Origin: Octopus vulgaris
Lineage: Eukaryota
NCBI GenBank assembly: GCA_951406725.2
Contig: OX597816.1
Coordinates: forward strand, 46,314,001 to 46,378,000
Length of the DNA stretch: 64,000 bases
Reading direction: 5' to 3'
Part shown: one piece after another, positions 13,912 to 26,859 of the stretch
Numbering within the stretch: the first letter of the stretch is position 1
Layout: each line of letters opens with the position of its first letter
The notes under the pieces: model-generated
What the model saw: the letters and a program-made list of their open reading frames with translations, nothing else
Database searches by the model: none
Told to the model about the DNA's origin: nothing
Translations under genes and position numbers: made by a program

Positions 13912-14464
13912 CCATATTTTCCGGCATACAAATCGCTTCTTTTCAGCTCAATATTTACAGCCCCAAAAGGTAGGTCAACTTATACACTAAGATTATTTTG
14001 AAGGATCAAAAATTCCTTGTGAAATGCAGCAGGATTTGAAAAGACAGTGAGGATGTTTAAATGTTTATACACTTCTTGTCCACAATTCGGCATATAACAA
14101 AAGCTTAGTAACCTGTTAATTCTCTTTATGCTTACTTTGTGTTCCTATCTGTGAGCGACCATAATCGTAAGCAAAGGCAAAAATTAAAAATCAAATTGGA
14201 AATAAACATTATTTCTAATGGAAGCTTTTTTCCCTTTAATTCATCTTTTTCATCCTGTTCCAGAATCTTCCATTCCCCTCTGTTTTCTGTGCAAGCTTTG
14301 GTGATCCGATTCATCCCAACCTTGATGACGTCCCAATTTCTCAATAAAGACAAGTGACCAATAAGCGTGGGTCAACATAAACAACGAGTATAGATTTAAA
14401 CGTTGTTTTTTTTGTTTTTTTTTTACTAGGAAATCTACCTCGTCTTATATGCCGAAAAATACGG
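13912..14464. mobile_element. Tc1/mariner-superfamily (pogo/Tc2-like) non-autonomous element
   Basis: TIRs CCATATTTTCCGGCATACAA and (reverse complement) CCGTATTTTTCGGCATATAA; TA on both flanks. Confidence 0.7.
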
Positions 14465-14717
14465 TACATTAATAGTTAGACTTACGCGTATTGTCTTTAA
14501 GGGTTGGTAATAAACCTTCAAATTTCTCCAGAAATACATTTTCATACCGAACTAATTCATACTCTTTGCTTTCTTATTGATCTGGCTTATTTGCTGATGT
14601 TGGATCAAAGAAACCAGAATGCCTTGGGACTCCCTTTTTTGGGACACTTGTGCCAATGTACTCTTGGCGTGTTAATTATTTGGCAATGATGGACCATACA
14701 TTTTCATCCATCTATCG

Positions 14718-14762
<45 letters not shown>

Positions 14763-15143
14763 GTAATATATATTATATATCTATTATATAAGCACACACA
14801 CATACATACAGTAGACAAGCACATCTATATGTAATACATATATACATGTGTATGTATGTACTTATGTGTGTGCGGGTATATATACATACGTGTGTGAGAG
14901 AGAGAGAGAGAGAGAAAGTGGTGTTTGTGATTGTATATAGGTATTGAAACGTGTGTGGTTGTGTGTGTATGTATTTCCAAAAATTTGAAAAGTCAGCTAT
15001 ACATTCATTACCCATTAGTCGCATTGTATGTGTGTGTGTGCGTGTGTGTGGTTGGGAGTGTGTAAGTATGTCGGGGTGTGTCAGTGTGTAAGAATGTGCT
15101 TCAAATATTTGACTTCACGCATTTCTGTACGTATTTTTGTATG

Positions 15144-15216
<73 letters not shown>

Positions 15217-15349
15217 GTATGTATGCACACACACACACACACATATTTATGTCTCCCTGTGAAGTAAATTTTTAGCAATATCCTTTCCACTAATTTGTTG
15301 AAACAACACTAGTCTGTCCGTTAATAAAGGGCACAGAAATAATACACAA

Positions 15350-15406
<57 letters not shown>

Positions 15407-15815
15407 TATAAACACGCGTACACAAGCAGAATTAAAGTATCCAATAACTGAAGAGAACGATAACATAAACACTTGTTATAATGCAACAATAATGACGTAA
15501 TGTAGAGGAAACGTGGATGAAAGTAGGAAAGGCAACGTTAAGAATTCGTTAAAGTTACCGCCATTTTTGAATTGCGCACTTTGCAATGCATTTTTCTTTT
15601 CATTTCTTTTTTTTTTATTTTTCTTTAGCCCCAGGTTAGTTTTGACCGAATAGACAGTTGATCAATGATATTCGAGCAGTGATTTTTCCACGCTTTCTTT
15701 TGTGGTCTGTGAGAACTAAAATGTCTAAACTCTGTCCTTTTCTTATCTCTGCCTGTAAAGTGTGTAGTGTGATTGAAATTTGCCTAGCATATACATACAT
15801 ACATACATACATACA

Positions 15816-15851
<36 letters not shown>

Positions 15852-15950
15852 TGTGTATATATATATGCATAAATGTGTGCATGTATATGTGTGCATATAT
15901 ATATATGTGTGTGTGTATGTATATATATGCATAAATGTATATATTCTTCT

Positions 15951-16294
15951 ATTCTTTTACCGGTTTTAGTCATTTGATTGCGGCCATGCTGGAGCACCAC
16001 CTTTAGTCGAACGAATCGACCCCAGGACTTATTGTTTGTAAGCGTAGTACTTATTCTATCGGTCTCTTTTGCCGAACCGCTAAGTTACAGGGACATAAAC
16101 AGGCTAACGTTGGTTGTCAAGCGATGGTGGTGGGACAAACTTATATATATATACGACGGGCTTTTTTCAGTTTCCACCTACCAAATCTACCGACGCTATA
16201 GTAGAAGATACTTGCCCAAAGTGCCACACAGTGTGACTGAATCCGAAACCATGTGGTTGGGAAGCAAGCTACTTACCACGCAGCCATTCCTGCG

Positions 16295-16297
<3 letters not shown>
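15951..16297 (-). mobile_element. SINE family B
   Basis: Homologous to 5948-6366. Confidence 0.85.
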
Positions 16298-16327
<30 letters not shown>

Positions 16328-16436
16328 GCGTAAATGTAAACACACACACAGAAACTATAAATTATAGGACTCAGTACAAGTGTGTGTGCATGTATGTATG
16401 TATGTACGTACGTATGTATGTATGCATTTATCTATC

Positions 16437-16521
<85 letters not shown>

Positions 16522-16835
16522 CCGTCTGGTTCAGTTTCTTTCTAAATTAACCGCCATATTCAAACTGCGCGTTTTGTAACGGTTTTGTTTTTTGCTCTCA
16601 CTTATTTGTTTCGCCTCTTTAGTTTTTGGTTGTTTTGTATTTAGTTATCTTTCTTTTCTTCCTTTCTCCTTTTTCTCATTATATGTTCAGCTGAATGTAC
16701 TTCTCGCACACTCCTAAACGTCTACCCACACATTACCATGGTTTGGGTGGAGTAATTTTTTTAATGATACCCAAAAGTAGTTCATGTGGTTTTCTTCAAA
16801 AAGAATGGCTTCTTTTCACTTTCAAGTTGGTTTAA

Positions 16836-17191
16836 CCTTTTAACTACGTAATTAAATTTCATGGTCATTCCCGTAATGATAATTATACACACACACACAA
16901 ATAAAATTGATATTTTCTGCTCCTGCATTACATTTTTTTTCAGTATCTTTTTTAGGAACGGTTTTCATATCCACCAATGAAAGTATTTGATTCTTGCTCT
17001 GTAAAGAGATATTTGATGAAATGTGTGAAAATATTATTTGAATCTTTTGTAAAAAAAAAGTACCACTTGGGGTGTCTCCGCTTATCCGTACCTTACGGAG
17101 AGTTTTTTGTTTTTTTTTCAAAGCCATGGACGTAAAACCGCTTCCTACAGTTATATTTTGAAGAAATATATCCACTTCCGTGTACAAAAGG
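16836..17191. mobile_element. Possible piggyBac-like MITE
   Basis: TTAA on both flanks; short imperfect TIRs ccttttaactacg and ccttttgtacacg. Confidence 0.4.
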
Positions 17192-17247
17192 TTAAATCAG
17201 TTTTTGTCATATATCTCACAAGGCGATATGGAATGTAAGAATTGAAA

Positions 17248-17683
17248 AAGCAATGGACAAACTGCTTTGTTTAATAAAATTAAGGTTTTAAATGTTTTTA
17301 AATTTGCCCAACAGCAGGGCGAAGAAAGAATTTTATGGATACGGTCTCTATTTTTATCATCTCACTAGCAGTATCGCCCGGCGTTGCTCAGGTTTGTAAG
17401 GGAAATAACTATAAAGCATTTTTAGAGAGTTATAGCCAAAAAATAGCAAAAAAATGGAAAAAAATAAGCAATGGACAAACTGCTTTGTTTAATAAAATTA
17501 AGGTTTTAAATGTTTTTAAATTTGCCCAACACCAGGGCGAAGAAAGAATTTTATGGATACGGTCTCTATTTTTATCATCTCACTAGCAGTATCGCCCGGC
17601 GTTGCTCAGGTTTGTAAGGGAAATAACTATAAAGCATTTTAGAGAGTTATAGCCAAAAAATAGCAAAAAAATGGAAAAAAATG
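17248..17683. repeat. ~218-bp tandem duplication spanning a Helitron 3' end and its flank
   Basis: Two near-identical units; CTAG at 17365 and 17583. Confidence 0.9.
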
Positions 17684-17965
17684 ATGGTAAATTTTTTTTG
17701 ATAGTTAAAAAAGGTGGAGTTGCGTCCCCTACACAGTTTGTGGTTTGTGTTCCTGATTCTCGACCCCATGTCGAATTTATCGACTTTTTTCAGAACTGGG
17801 GGAACTTTTCAAAATTTTCGCTGCGTTAGTTTTGAATTATGACATTGGGCTATGTGTGTGTCAAGTTTCATCAGAATCGGTTGAAAGCCGTGGTCAGGGT
17901 GAGGGTACAAGCAAACAGACACACAGAAACACGCACAGACAAACTGCCGTTTATATAGAGAGAGA
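17583..17965 (-). mobile_element. Non-autonomous Helitron (second subfamily)
   Basis: TC...CTAG termini, A/T flanks and the same subterminal hairpin region as 3445-3835. Confidence 0.8.
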
Positions 17966-18162
17966 TTAAACCTTTGAACGTCGAAAGCGGATATATCCGC
18001 TCAAAATTTTCCAGTGCTCAAATTACAATATAATATTTTATTGTACTACATTTACAGTACCTGTATCTTATTGAGTTAATAAAGCTTGTTTTTTTTTTTA
18101 CTTAAATGATATCATTTCCTCCTATTGCTCTCATTTCTGCTACATTCAGAATGTTAATGGAT

Positions 18163-18361
18163 AATACTGATTTCAAATTTTACCACAAGGTCAGCAATTT
18201 CAGGGGGAGGGGATTAGTTGATTTGGTATTTATTTTATCTACCCCGAAAGGATGGAAGGCAAAGTCGACCTCGGCGGAATTTGTACTCAGAGCACGAAGA
18301 CGGACGAAATGCCGCTATGTATTTTGCCCGGCTCGCTAACGGTTTTGCCATCTCACCGCCC
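18163..18361 (-). mobile_element. SINE family A (diverged)
   Basis: Homologous to family A. Confidence 0.75.
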
Positions 18362-19089
18362 TGATATTGATGATAAGACTGTTTTAATGTGTTTTGTAAG
18401 GTGCTTTGGTAATTTAAAATGTGATGATCAGATATCTTTAGAGTTCAGTTATCCGGCAATCTTCCGGTTCCTGTGGTGCCGGATAGGCAGGAGTTTATTC
18501 TACTTGACTTCTAACAACTTTACAAACCCTTAAATTTTATGAGAAAAATGGGTCACATGTGGATAAAATTCGACTTGATTAGCAGTTGAAACCTCGGAAA
18601 GATAAAAATGAATTAAGTCAGGCTCGACAGGATTTGAAATCAATACGTAAAGAGACATTATAAAGTATCGCAAGGCACTCTGAACGAGACCGACCAAGTT
18701 TTACAAAGAATTGATTTCTCTATGTAAGCATAGCTCTGTGTTTAAGAAGACTCCTTGCCAACTACGTGGTTTCCTGTTCGATCCCATTACGTGGCGTGTT
18801 GGCCAATACTTTATGAGTGGAATTTGGTGGATGGAAACTGTACGGAAACCCGTTAGAAGTTTCATTGCTGTTCTTGTAAGGTAGACTTAATCTGTTGCTC
18901 GGTTCAGCACCGCCATCTGGCCCTTTCCGGATTTCATTGGAGTTTGCTCTTTTTACAAGCATCCAAACCAAATCACCGACCTAAGGATAAACTCCTACAC
19001 TGCTTCTCTTTATCATGGATGCCCTAAAAAGGGCTATGAACGATACGTTTCTTCCTCTGAAGAAACTATTTAGAAAAATGCAGACTATT

Positions 19090-19530
19090 TTGTCTTTTAC
19101 TTGTTTTAGTCATTAGACTAAGGGGCCATGCTGGGGCACCGCTTAGAAGGATTCTAGTCGAACGAATCGACCCCGTATTTATTTATTTTTTTCGGCACTC
19201 ATTCTGTTGGTCTTTTTTGCTGAACCCCTAAGTGATGGTGACTTAAACAAATCAACATCGCTTGTCAAGTGGTAGTGGATGACAAACACAAACAGAAAGA
19301 CACACACATACACGCGCGCGTGCGTGTGTGTATATAACCTTATAGGACCTTTATAAACAGGGCTAATTTAGCTGTTTCTCTGTAGATTGAAAAAGGTGGT
19401 GAACAACCTTAATCGACTTTCGAATATATGATTGGATTCTCTCATCTACACGACGGGCTTCTTTTAGTTCGCAAGGCTTTGATTAGCACTCGGCTATAGT
19501 AACAGACACTTGTTTGGGGTGCCTTACGGG
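19090..19530 (-). mobile_element. Fragmented SINE family B
   Basis: Tail at 19090-19310 and partial head at 19450-19530. Confidence 0.65.
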
Positions 19531-19685
19531 TGCTAGCGTACCTAGGGGTGGGGCAGATGGTGGGGGCTGTCTGCCTCAGGCGGCACTTTTGTGTCTACTG
19601 TAGGCAATATGTGTTGCTTTTGTGGGGTCCGAGGGCGGCAAACGGAAGGGCCGCCCCGGGTGAACACACTCTAGCTACGCTATTG
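19531..19685. mobile_element. hAT-like MITE inserted in SINE B
   Basis: 8-bp TSD cttacggg (19523-19530 and 19686-19693); TIR core TAGCGTA(C/G)CTAG. Confidence 0.75.
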
Positions 19686-19718
19686 CTTACGGGGGTCTGA
19701 ACACACATATACTGACCC

Positions 19719-19754
<36 letters not shown>

Positions 19755-19986
19755 AAAAAATATATATAAAAATGCAAAATGGGACAAGAACGCAAAACAC
19801 TCAAATAGACGACACAAAAAAAAAGGACGGGTCTTTCGAAACCTCTAATCTTCAGTTAAGAACCGGATCATCCTCGCAATTTCGGCTAATTAATCTTGAG
19901 ATCGCTCCGATCCGGCCAGCCCCAAGGAAAAACTAAGCTACGAGCATTAGATTTCTTGGAAAAAGGATCGAATGTATACGAAACAA

Positions 19987-20038
<52 letters not shown>

Positions 20039-20216
20039 ACACATATATATATATATAGAAGCTTTTTTCCCTTTTCTACACATTTCATACTTGTCGACCT
20101 GATAACAAATATCGAAGATGTAAAGTTGTTAGAATCTCCCGCTTTTCATTATTTATTATTTCACAATGCTTCGACCTACAACGCCGCTCTTTCCTCCCTG
20201 CTCTCTAAGTATCTGT

Positions 20217-20614
20217 ATTATTCTTAAACAAGAATATTATTGACTGTAACTCTGAAGTTTCGGCTAGTTAAGCCATCTTCAGAGTGCGATGCATTGAAGT
20301 TAATCTTGGCTTTACATAATCTCTGAGTTAAATTCTTCCTTGGGTATGTGAGTTTGAGTAGAGTGGTAATTAGGTTGTTATGGAGTGGTGTTTTGGAGAA
20401 AGTACTTTAAATCTTAAAAATTTCTTCAAAACACCTCTCCATAACAACTTACCCTACAACTTAATTACCGCTCTACTGAAACCCACATACCCAAGAAAGA
20501 ATTTAACTCAACAGAGACTGAAGCCAAGATTACTTCAATGCAAGCAATCCGAAGATGGCTTAGCTGGCCGAAACTCCGAAGTCACTGTCAATAGTATTCT
20601 TGTTTAAGAATAAT
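20217..20614. mobile_element. Fold-back Penelope-like (pLTR) remnant with a hammerhead motif in each arm
   Basis: Imperfect inverted arms of about 185 bp. CYGAAGA-T-GGCT..RGCC-GAAACT..AGTY motifs at 20244-20286(-) and 20545-20587(+). Confidence 0.7.
20545..20587 (+). ncRNA. Putative type I hammerhead ribozyme (U4C core variant)
   Basis: caat CCGAAGA t ggct tagct ggcc GAA ACT ccga AGT C actg; GUC cleavage triplet, one mismatch in stem I. Confidence 0.55.
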
Positions 20615-21551
20615 AAATTTGTACTTTACAAAAGTATAGAGTAACCTATCAGATTAATTAAAATTTTTTATTATAATTGAACATAAACAAGCACACACAC
20701 ACACACACATATGTATTTATATATGTATGTATATATGTATGTTACACATGTGAACGTGAACATACACTGTTAATCGGCAAAATGTTATAAAAGGGCCGAG
20801 GGTTTCGTGCATAGCACTTATCAAACCTAACTCTCGATCCTTGAATCACTTCCGTGACTTCCCGCCAATTAAAAATACAAGATGTATATAACTAATATAT
20901 TGAGTTCTGTTTATCTTGTTTATTCTGCCAAAACGTATATATACATACAGATACGTATGTATGTATATGCACGTATGTATGTATACATGTGTGTGTGTGT
21001 GTGTGTAATAATCTCTGGCTGCTTTTCATTTTCCGGGGGTGGGCAACGTAATAAATACCAGATGTGTACTGAGACGCTTTCACCGAACACATCCCCAACT
21101 CCCATGAACATCACCGCCACCACCACCTCCTCCACCAGAGTTTCTGCGATTACCCGTTGTTGGAACATTGGTTCAAAACTGCATAGGGCACTTTGTCGTG
21201 TGTGTGTGTGTGTGTGTGTCTGTGTCTGTGTGTGTGCAGTTATAATCTTTCCGAAACATCTTTGCCATATCTTTTATTCTAGAACTATAAATAATATGCA
21301 TCAACTTTTCTGTGGTGAAAAGGTCAGTTAAATCTGACGCTGCACAGCATCCTACCGTCAGAACCACCACTAGCTCCACCATATATACATAACTATGATG
21401 ACATAATCTGAAGCAGTTACTTCCATCACACAATTACGTGGAGTAAATAAATATTTATCCATTAAATAAATGTATTTTTGCCGTTCTACTTGAAGTCAAA
21501 AACTAAAACTGGGCCATTTTTGCACAATGGACGTAACTGCATCACATTTCT

Positions 21552-22118
21552 TATTTCTTTACTGCTCACAAGGGGATACACACTGAGGGGACAAACAAGG
21601 ATAGACAAACGGATTAAGTCGATTATATCGACCCCGAAAGGATGAAATGCAAAGTCGACCTCTTCGGAATTTGAACTCAGAACGTAGCGGCAGACGGAAT
21701 ACCTACTTTTTTTACTACCCACAAGGGGCTAAACACAGAGAGGACAAACAAGGACAGACAAACGGATTAAGTCGATTACATAGACTCCAGTGTGTAACTG
21801 GTACTTAATTTTTCGACCCCCAAAGGATGAAAGGCAAAGTTGACCTCGGCGGAATTTGAACTCAGAACGTAACTACAGACTAAATACCTATTTCTTTATT
21901 GCCCACAAGGGGCTAAATACAGAGAGGACAAACAAGGACAGACAAACGGATTAAGTCGATTATATCGACCCCAGTGCATAACGGGTACTTATTTAATCGA
22001 CCCCGAAAGGATGAAAGGCAAAATCGACCTCGGCGGAATTTGAACTCAGAACGTAACGGCAGACGAAATACCGCTAAGCATTTCGCCCGGCGTGCTAACG
22101 TTACTGCCAGCTCGCTGC
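21552..22118 (-). mobile_element. SINE family A head followed by three tandem body units
   Basis: Junctions at about 21703 and 21888 (185-bp period); the leftmost unit is internally deleted. Confidence 0.85.
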
Positions 22119-22398
22119 ATCACATTTCTGCCTTACTCATGGGTGGGCTGGTAAAGAATGTAAGTCGTGCAGTTTTAAATATATAACTTGTCACACTATA
22201 ATAACATAATATAGCCATAAAACTAAATTGGCAGAGGTCAAGACTGTCGACAATTTTTGGCGTTCTGTCGGTATTAGATGTCATTCGCCCACGCAACGTT
22301 TCCTCATGACATAGATAAAGTGGCTAGGCTGAAAAAGAGAGTGAATGACGTCGACTACTAATACCGAAAGATTGCTCCTTTTTTATGTGCAATACCAG

Positions 22399-22556
22399 CA
22401 GGGCCGTTTTAAAAAGAATTATAGGCCCCGGGCAAAGCAATGCAGAGAGGTCCTCTACATACCCGCCAACAGCATAAAAATATTAGCATTGGGGCCCCAG
22501 ATCCTGTGGGACGTCAGAGCAACTGCTCCGTGTGCTCGTACCGTAAGATGGTACTG
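22399..22556. mobile_element. Possible hAT-like MITE
   Basis: CAGGGCCGTTTTAA ... TAAGATGGTACTG imperfect termini and a GC-rich ggcccc interior; no clear TSD. Confidence 0.45.
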
Positions 22557-23271
22557 CCATCTTGTACGTATGTGTTAACGAGAGATAAATAAAAACTGGT
22601 TTCTCAAATTGGGGCTCTTCTTTTGCTTCAAAGATGCAAGCAAAATCCAGTCAAATCACATAATCTTCCATATTAACGAAAAAAACAACACATTCGGTAA
22701 GATAGTTCCAGTTCAGTTTGAAAATAAAATGGAAGTCACTACAATGACGACGATAGGGGCGGTAACTGCGGCAGTGGCGACGGTTGCAACGGCCGTGGCA
22801 AACAGTGACGGTGGTGGTGGCGATGGCCACAATGAAAATCAAACTGATATAGCTAATTTATACACAACCCATTAGCTTTTCTCTACATCACTGATTTTAG
22901 CCAGCATTAAGCTATATCGGTTTGACTGATTTCCGATTTGGTTGTGTTTGGCTGCCTGTTGCTGTTGATCCGCAATTTACGGTGAAATCACGTGATAGAA
23001 CAGTGCCATCTGCCGGTGCCGATGAAATTTTGTCAACTGATATAATCGGTGTTGTTTAGCATACGTCGTCTTCATGAGATTTCTCGGGGCGTTGCTGCAA
23101 TCAACAGCGTTATAAACAGCACATCCAACTTATCTAGTGCCCTTATATCTTTATAAAAGAGGATTTGGTACCTGAAATATTAGGAGCATTAAATATTGTC
23201 CTTATTCTTTAATCTTCTAAGTACAAATATACATGTATACATACGTACGTACATACATACATATAATTAAT

Positions 23272-23463
23272 ATTGATTTCAAATTTTGGCACAAGGCCAG
23301 CAATTACATCAACCCCGGGACTCAACTGGTACTTATTTTATCTACCCAGAGAGGATGAAAGGCATAGTCAACGTCGGCTGAATTTGAACTCAGACCGCAC
23401 AGACGGACGAAATGCCACTAAACATTTTGCCCGGCGTATTAACGATTGTGCCAGCTCGCCGCC
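23272..23463 (-). mobile_element. SINE family A (diverged)
   Basis: Homologous to family A. Confidence 0.7.
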
Positions 23464-23583
23464 CTACATTTAATTATATTTTATTATTAATAATAATCGG
23501 CAGAGTTTCATGCATTTGCACTTTTTGAATTATGTCAATAGAAGAAATTCTCGGCCTTTGAGTCATTCTGCCAATTGTTAACA

Positions 23584-23614
<31 letters not shown>

Positions 23615-23621
23615 CATACAT

Positions 23622-24125
23622 AAACACCAATTCAAGGATTACTGGTGGACTATTCCCATCAAAACATCAGTCAAATGTAAACATAACAGGCCGGATATTG
23701 TTGTTTGGGACAGAGGGGCAAAGGTATGTACTATCATAGAGACCCTGCAGATATAAATATCTCTTTGGAAATCAAAGAAAAAGAGGATATCTATGGACAA
23801 CTTGTTTGAAACCTCCAGTTTCTATATCCAGACTATGAATTTATATTCATACCAATGATAATTGGAGCGCTAGGTTTTGTTAGTAAATGCTGAAACGAGA
23901 ATCTGAATAAACTGGAATTTTCAGAAACAGAAACTGCCCGGCTAATTCGTACATTACAAGTGCAATCTGCGAGTGAAACAGTAAAACTATGCAAGACTTT
24001 TCTCAAATTCCAAATGTGTATCTGTCTTTGTTAACTACATCCCAAAGATGGAGCTTTGTATCTTTGTTGGAAACCTGCTCCTTCCTCAGGGGAAGATTTA
24101 TAATAATTTTTTTAAAAAACCCAGA
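23622..24125 (+). mobile_element. RLE non-LTR 3' fragment, subfamily 2
   Basis: KDYWWTIPIKTSVKCKHNRPDIVVWD..KEKEDIYGQL..NLQFLYPDY..IIGALG..VKLCKTF; CA/CATA repeats on the flanks. Confidence 0.8.
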
Positions 24126-24167
24126 AAAAACACACACATCTTATGTTTTGATTTTTGTTTAAACCTA

Positions 24168-24660
24168 ATAGGTGCAGGTATGCTTGCCTGATTTGAACTT
24201 TGCTTCCCAACCTCATGGTTACAGGTTCAGTCTCACTGCTTGGTACCTTGGGAAAGTCTCTTCTACTATAGCCAAAGCGAGGCTATAGTAGAAGACACTT
24301 GCTCAAGACGTCACGCAGTGGGACTGAACCCAGAACCATGTGGTTGATAAGCAAGCTACTTACCACACAGCCACTCCAACACCTATGTATGTATGTATGT
24401 ATGTATGTATGTATGTATGTATGCATGTATGTGTGTGTGTGTTGTCGTGTATCTATTTGTCCTCTACCACTGCTTGATAATCGGTGTAGGTTTGTGTACG
24501 TTCCCATAACATAGCGGTTCGGCGAAAAAGACTGATAGAATAAGTACCGAGTTTACAAATACGGACTGGGGTCGATTTGTCGACTAAACCCTTCAAGGCG
24601 TTGTCCCAGTATGGCCGCAGTCCAATGACTAGAACACGTAAAAAAAAAACACAGTAAAGA
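24168..24660. mobile_element. Rearranged SINE B: head(+), head(-), (TATG)n, tail(+)
   Basis: 24168-24275 and 24281-24385 are inverted copies of the head; the tail at 24440-24660 is on the plus strand. Confidence 0.75.
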
Positions 24661-24946
24661 AAGATGGATTTCTTTGTGTTTATATGCATATAAATAACTA
24701 CCATCCCACTGTTTTGTAGTTCTGCAATTTCCCCTCACTCTGTCATTCTCTCTCTCTTTCTCTCTCCTCCCCCCAACACTCTCTCTCTGTCGCACACATT
24801 GACTATTGTCTATCTTCCTCCTCTCTCAGTATAACCATACACTTTATTTTATTTTTTTTTTTACTATTCCTTTCTCCATCTCTTCTTTCTCTCAGCTGTT
24901 TCTATTTTCAGACTCCTTACACATACTCGCGCGCGCACACACACAC

Positions 24947-25022
<76 letters not shown>

Positions 25023-25098
25023 GACACACCACACACAAACACACATTTTCTAGATCTCAAATGCTTTCCTCTCATTTTCTCCCCGCCGTCTCTCCATG

Positions 25099-25145
<47 letters not shown>

Positions 25146-25230
25146 TTTCTAGATCTCAAATGCTTTCCTCTCATTTTCTCCCCGCTGTCACTCTATGCAC
25201 ACACACACACATACGCACACACACACACAT

Positions 25231-25296
<66 letters not shown>

Positions 25297-25499
25297 CACA
25301 CACGATGCACATCTTGCATGCAGAGAAATAACATCACCCTGCTGACGTTATTGTCGGGTCGGTTTATATTACAAAAATTCAAGTCACGTTTTCCATCATT
25401 TTGTTTCTTCTTTCTCTTCTCCGTGTCTGATGTCACCGATGAATTATGATTCATTGGGTGTCTGTCCCGCAGTATTAAAGACTATATATATATATCTTG

Positions 25500-25783
25500 T
25501 GGAGGCGCAATAGCCCAGTGGTTAGGGCAGCGGACTCGCGGTCGTAGGATCGCGGTTTCGACTCCCAGACCGGGCGTTGTGAGTCTTTATTGAGCGAAAA
25601 CAGCTTCACGATGCTCTGGTAGGGGTGGTGATCCTTGCTGTACTCTTTCACCACTCTTTCTTCTGTTGGCTTGCTCGCTTAGCCAGCGGGGTGGCGTCAT
25701 TCAAAGGCTAAAACAATGCGAACGCATTGTGACCAACGATGTGTAACAACATCTGATGGTCTGGTCGGTCACGTGATCGTGAT
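25500..25783 (+). mobile_element. SINE head family C (tail type 2)
   Basis: Same head as 702; tail ends ..ggtcggtcacgtgat; atatatatctt TSD. Confidence 0.85.
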
Positions 25784-25789
25784 ATATAT

Positions 25790-26170
25790 CTTATCTTTTA
25801 CTTGTTTCAGTCATTCGACTGCGGCCATGCTGGGGCATCGCCTTGAAATGTTTTAGCCAAAAGAATCCATCCCACTACTTACTTTTTTCAAACATGGTAC
25901 TTTTTCTATCGATTCTCTTTTTCCGAACTGCTAGGTTATGAGGACGCAAACAAAGCAACACAGGTTGTCAAGCGGTGGCCTCACACACAAGCACACACAC
26001 ACACACACACACTCATACGACGGATTTCTTTCAGTTTACTTTCACTAAATTCACTCGCTAGGCTTTGATTGGTCCGGGGCTACAGTAGAAGACATCTGTC
26101 CTAGGTGCCAGGCATAGTACTGAACCAGGAACCATGTGGTTTGGAAATAGACTTCTTACTACACAGCGAC
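25790..26170 (-). mobile_element. SINE family B (diverged)
   Basis: Homologous to family B. Confidence 0.75.
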
Positions 26171-26235
26171 GTCTATAACTTGACACTGTGAATGAAAATG
26201 ATACGGTACTGTTGTTGTTATTGTTGTTGCTGTTT

Positions 26236-26785
26236 TCTTCTTCTTCTTCTTCTTCTTCTTCTTCTTCTTCTTCTTCTTCTTCTTCTTCTTCTTCTTCTTC
26301 TTCTTCCAATCAGGATTCACGCCATTAGCCACAAAGAATAATCTCTAATTCGAGCCCACTCTAAGCTACTAAGAATGCGTGTAGCAACTTGAAGATGCAC
26401 CCACCACATACGATAGACTGGCAGTTGCACGGGCGCCAAAGCTACGTTGTTATCCTCATTCCGTAAACGGTGGCTTTTTTAACGGGTGGAGAGCTGAACC
26501 GTCCTGGGGTACAGAGGATTCGCAGTCTTGACTAGGGTCTGAAAGTTTACCACGCCATAGTGGGTTACACCATGGCTCCTCTGCTTTGTGGCAGAAGTAG
26601 GAAGAAAGAGTGAGAGAAAGTTGTGGTGAAAGAGTACAGCGGGGTTCACCACCCTCCCCGCCGGAGCCTCGTGGAGCTTAGGTGTTTTTGCTCAATGAAC
26701 ACTCACAATGCCCGGTCTGGAAATCGAAACCGCGCTCTTACGACCGCGAGTCCGCTGCCCTAACCACTGGGCCATTGCGCCTCCA
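26236..26785 (-). mobile_element. SINE head family C with long tail type 3 and (GAA)n end
   Basis: Highly similar to 47055-47517; flanking near-duplication actgYtgttgttattgYtgtt. Confidence 0.85.
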
Positions 26786-26859
26786 CTGCTGTTGTTATTG
26801 CTGTTAAGTCCCGTGTCAAACTTGATCCAGCAGATCTATGGTAAGGGTTCCTGAAAATA

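Noticed and set aside
18860-19000. GC-richer unique segment, possible exon
   Set aside because: No recognisable protein motif or convincing splice pair.
25042-25200. Local ~99-bp duplication between CA tracts (also a 33-bp duplication at 35755-35820)
   Set aside because: Ordinary slippage duplications.
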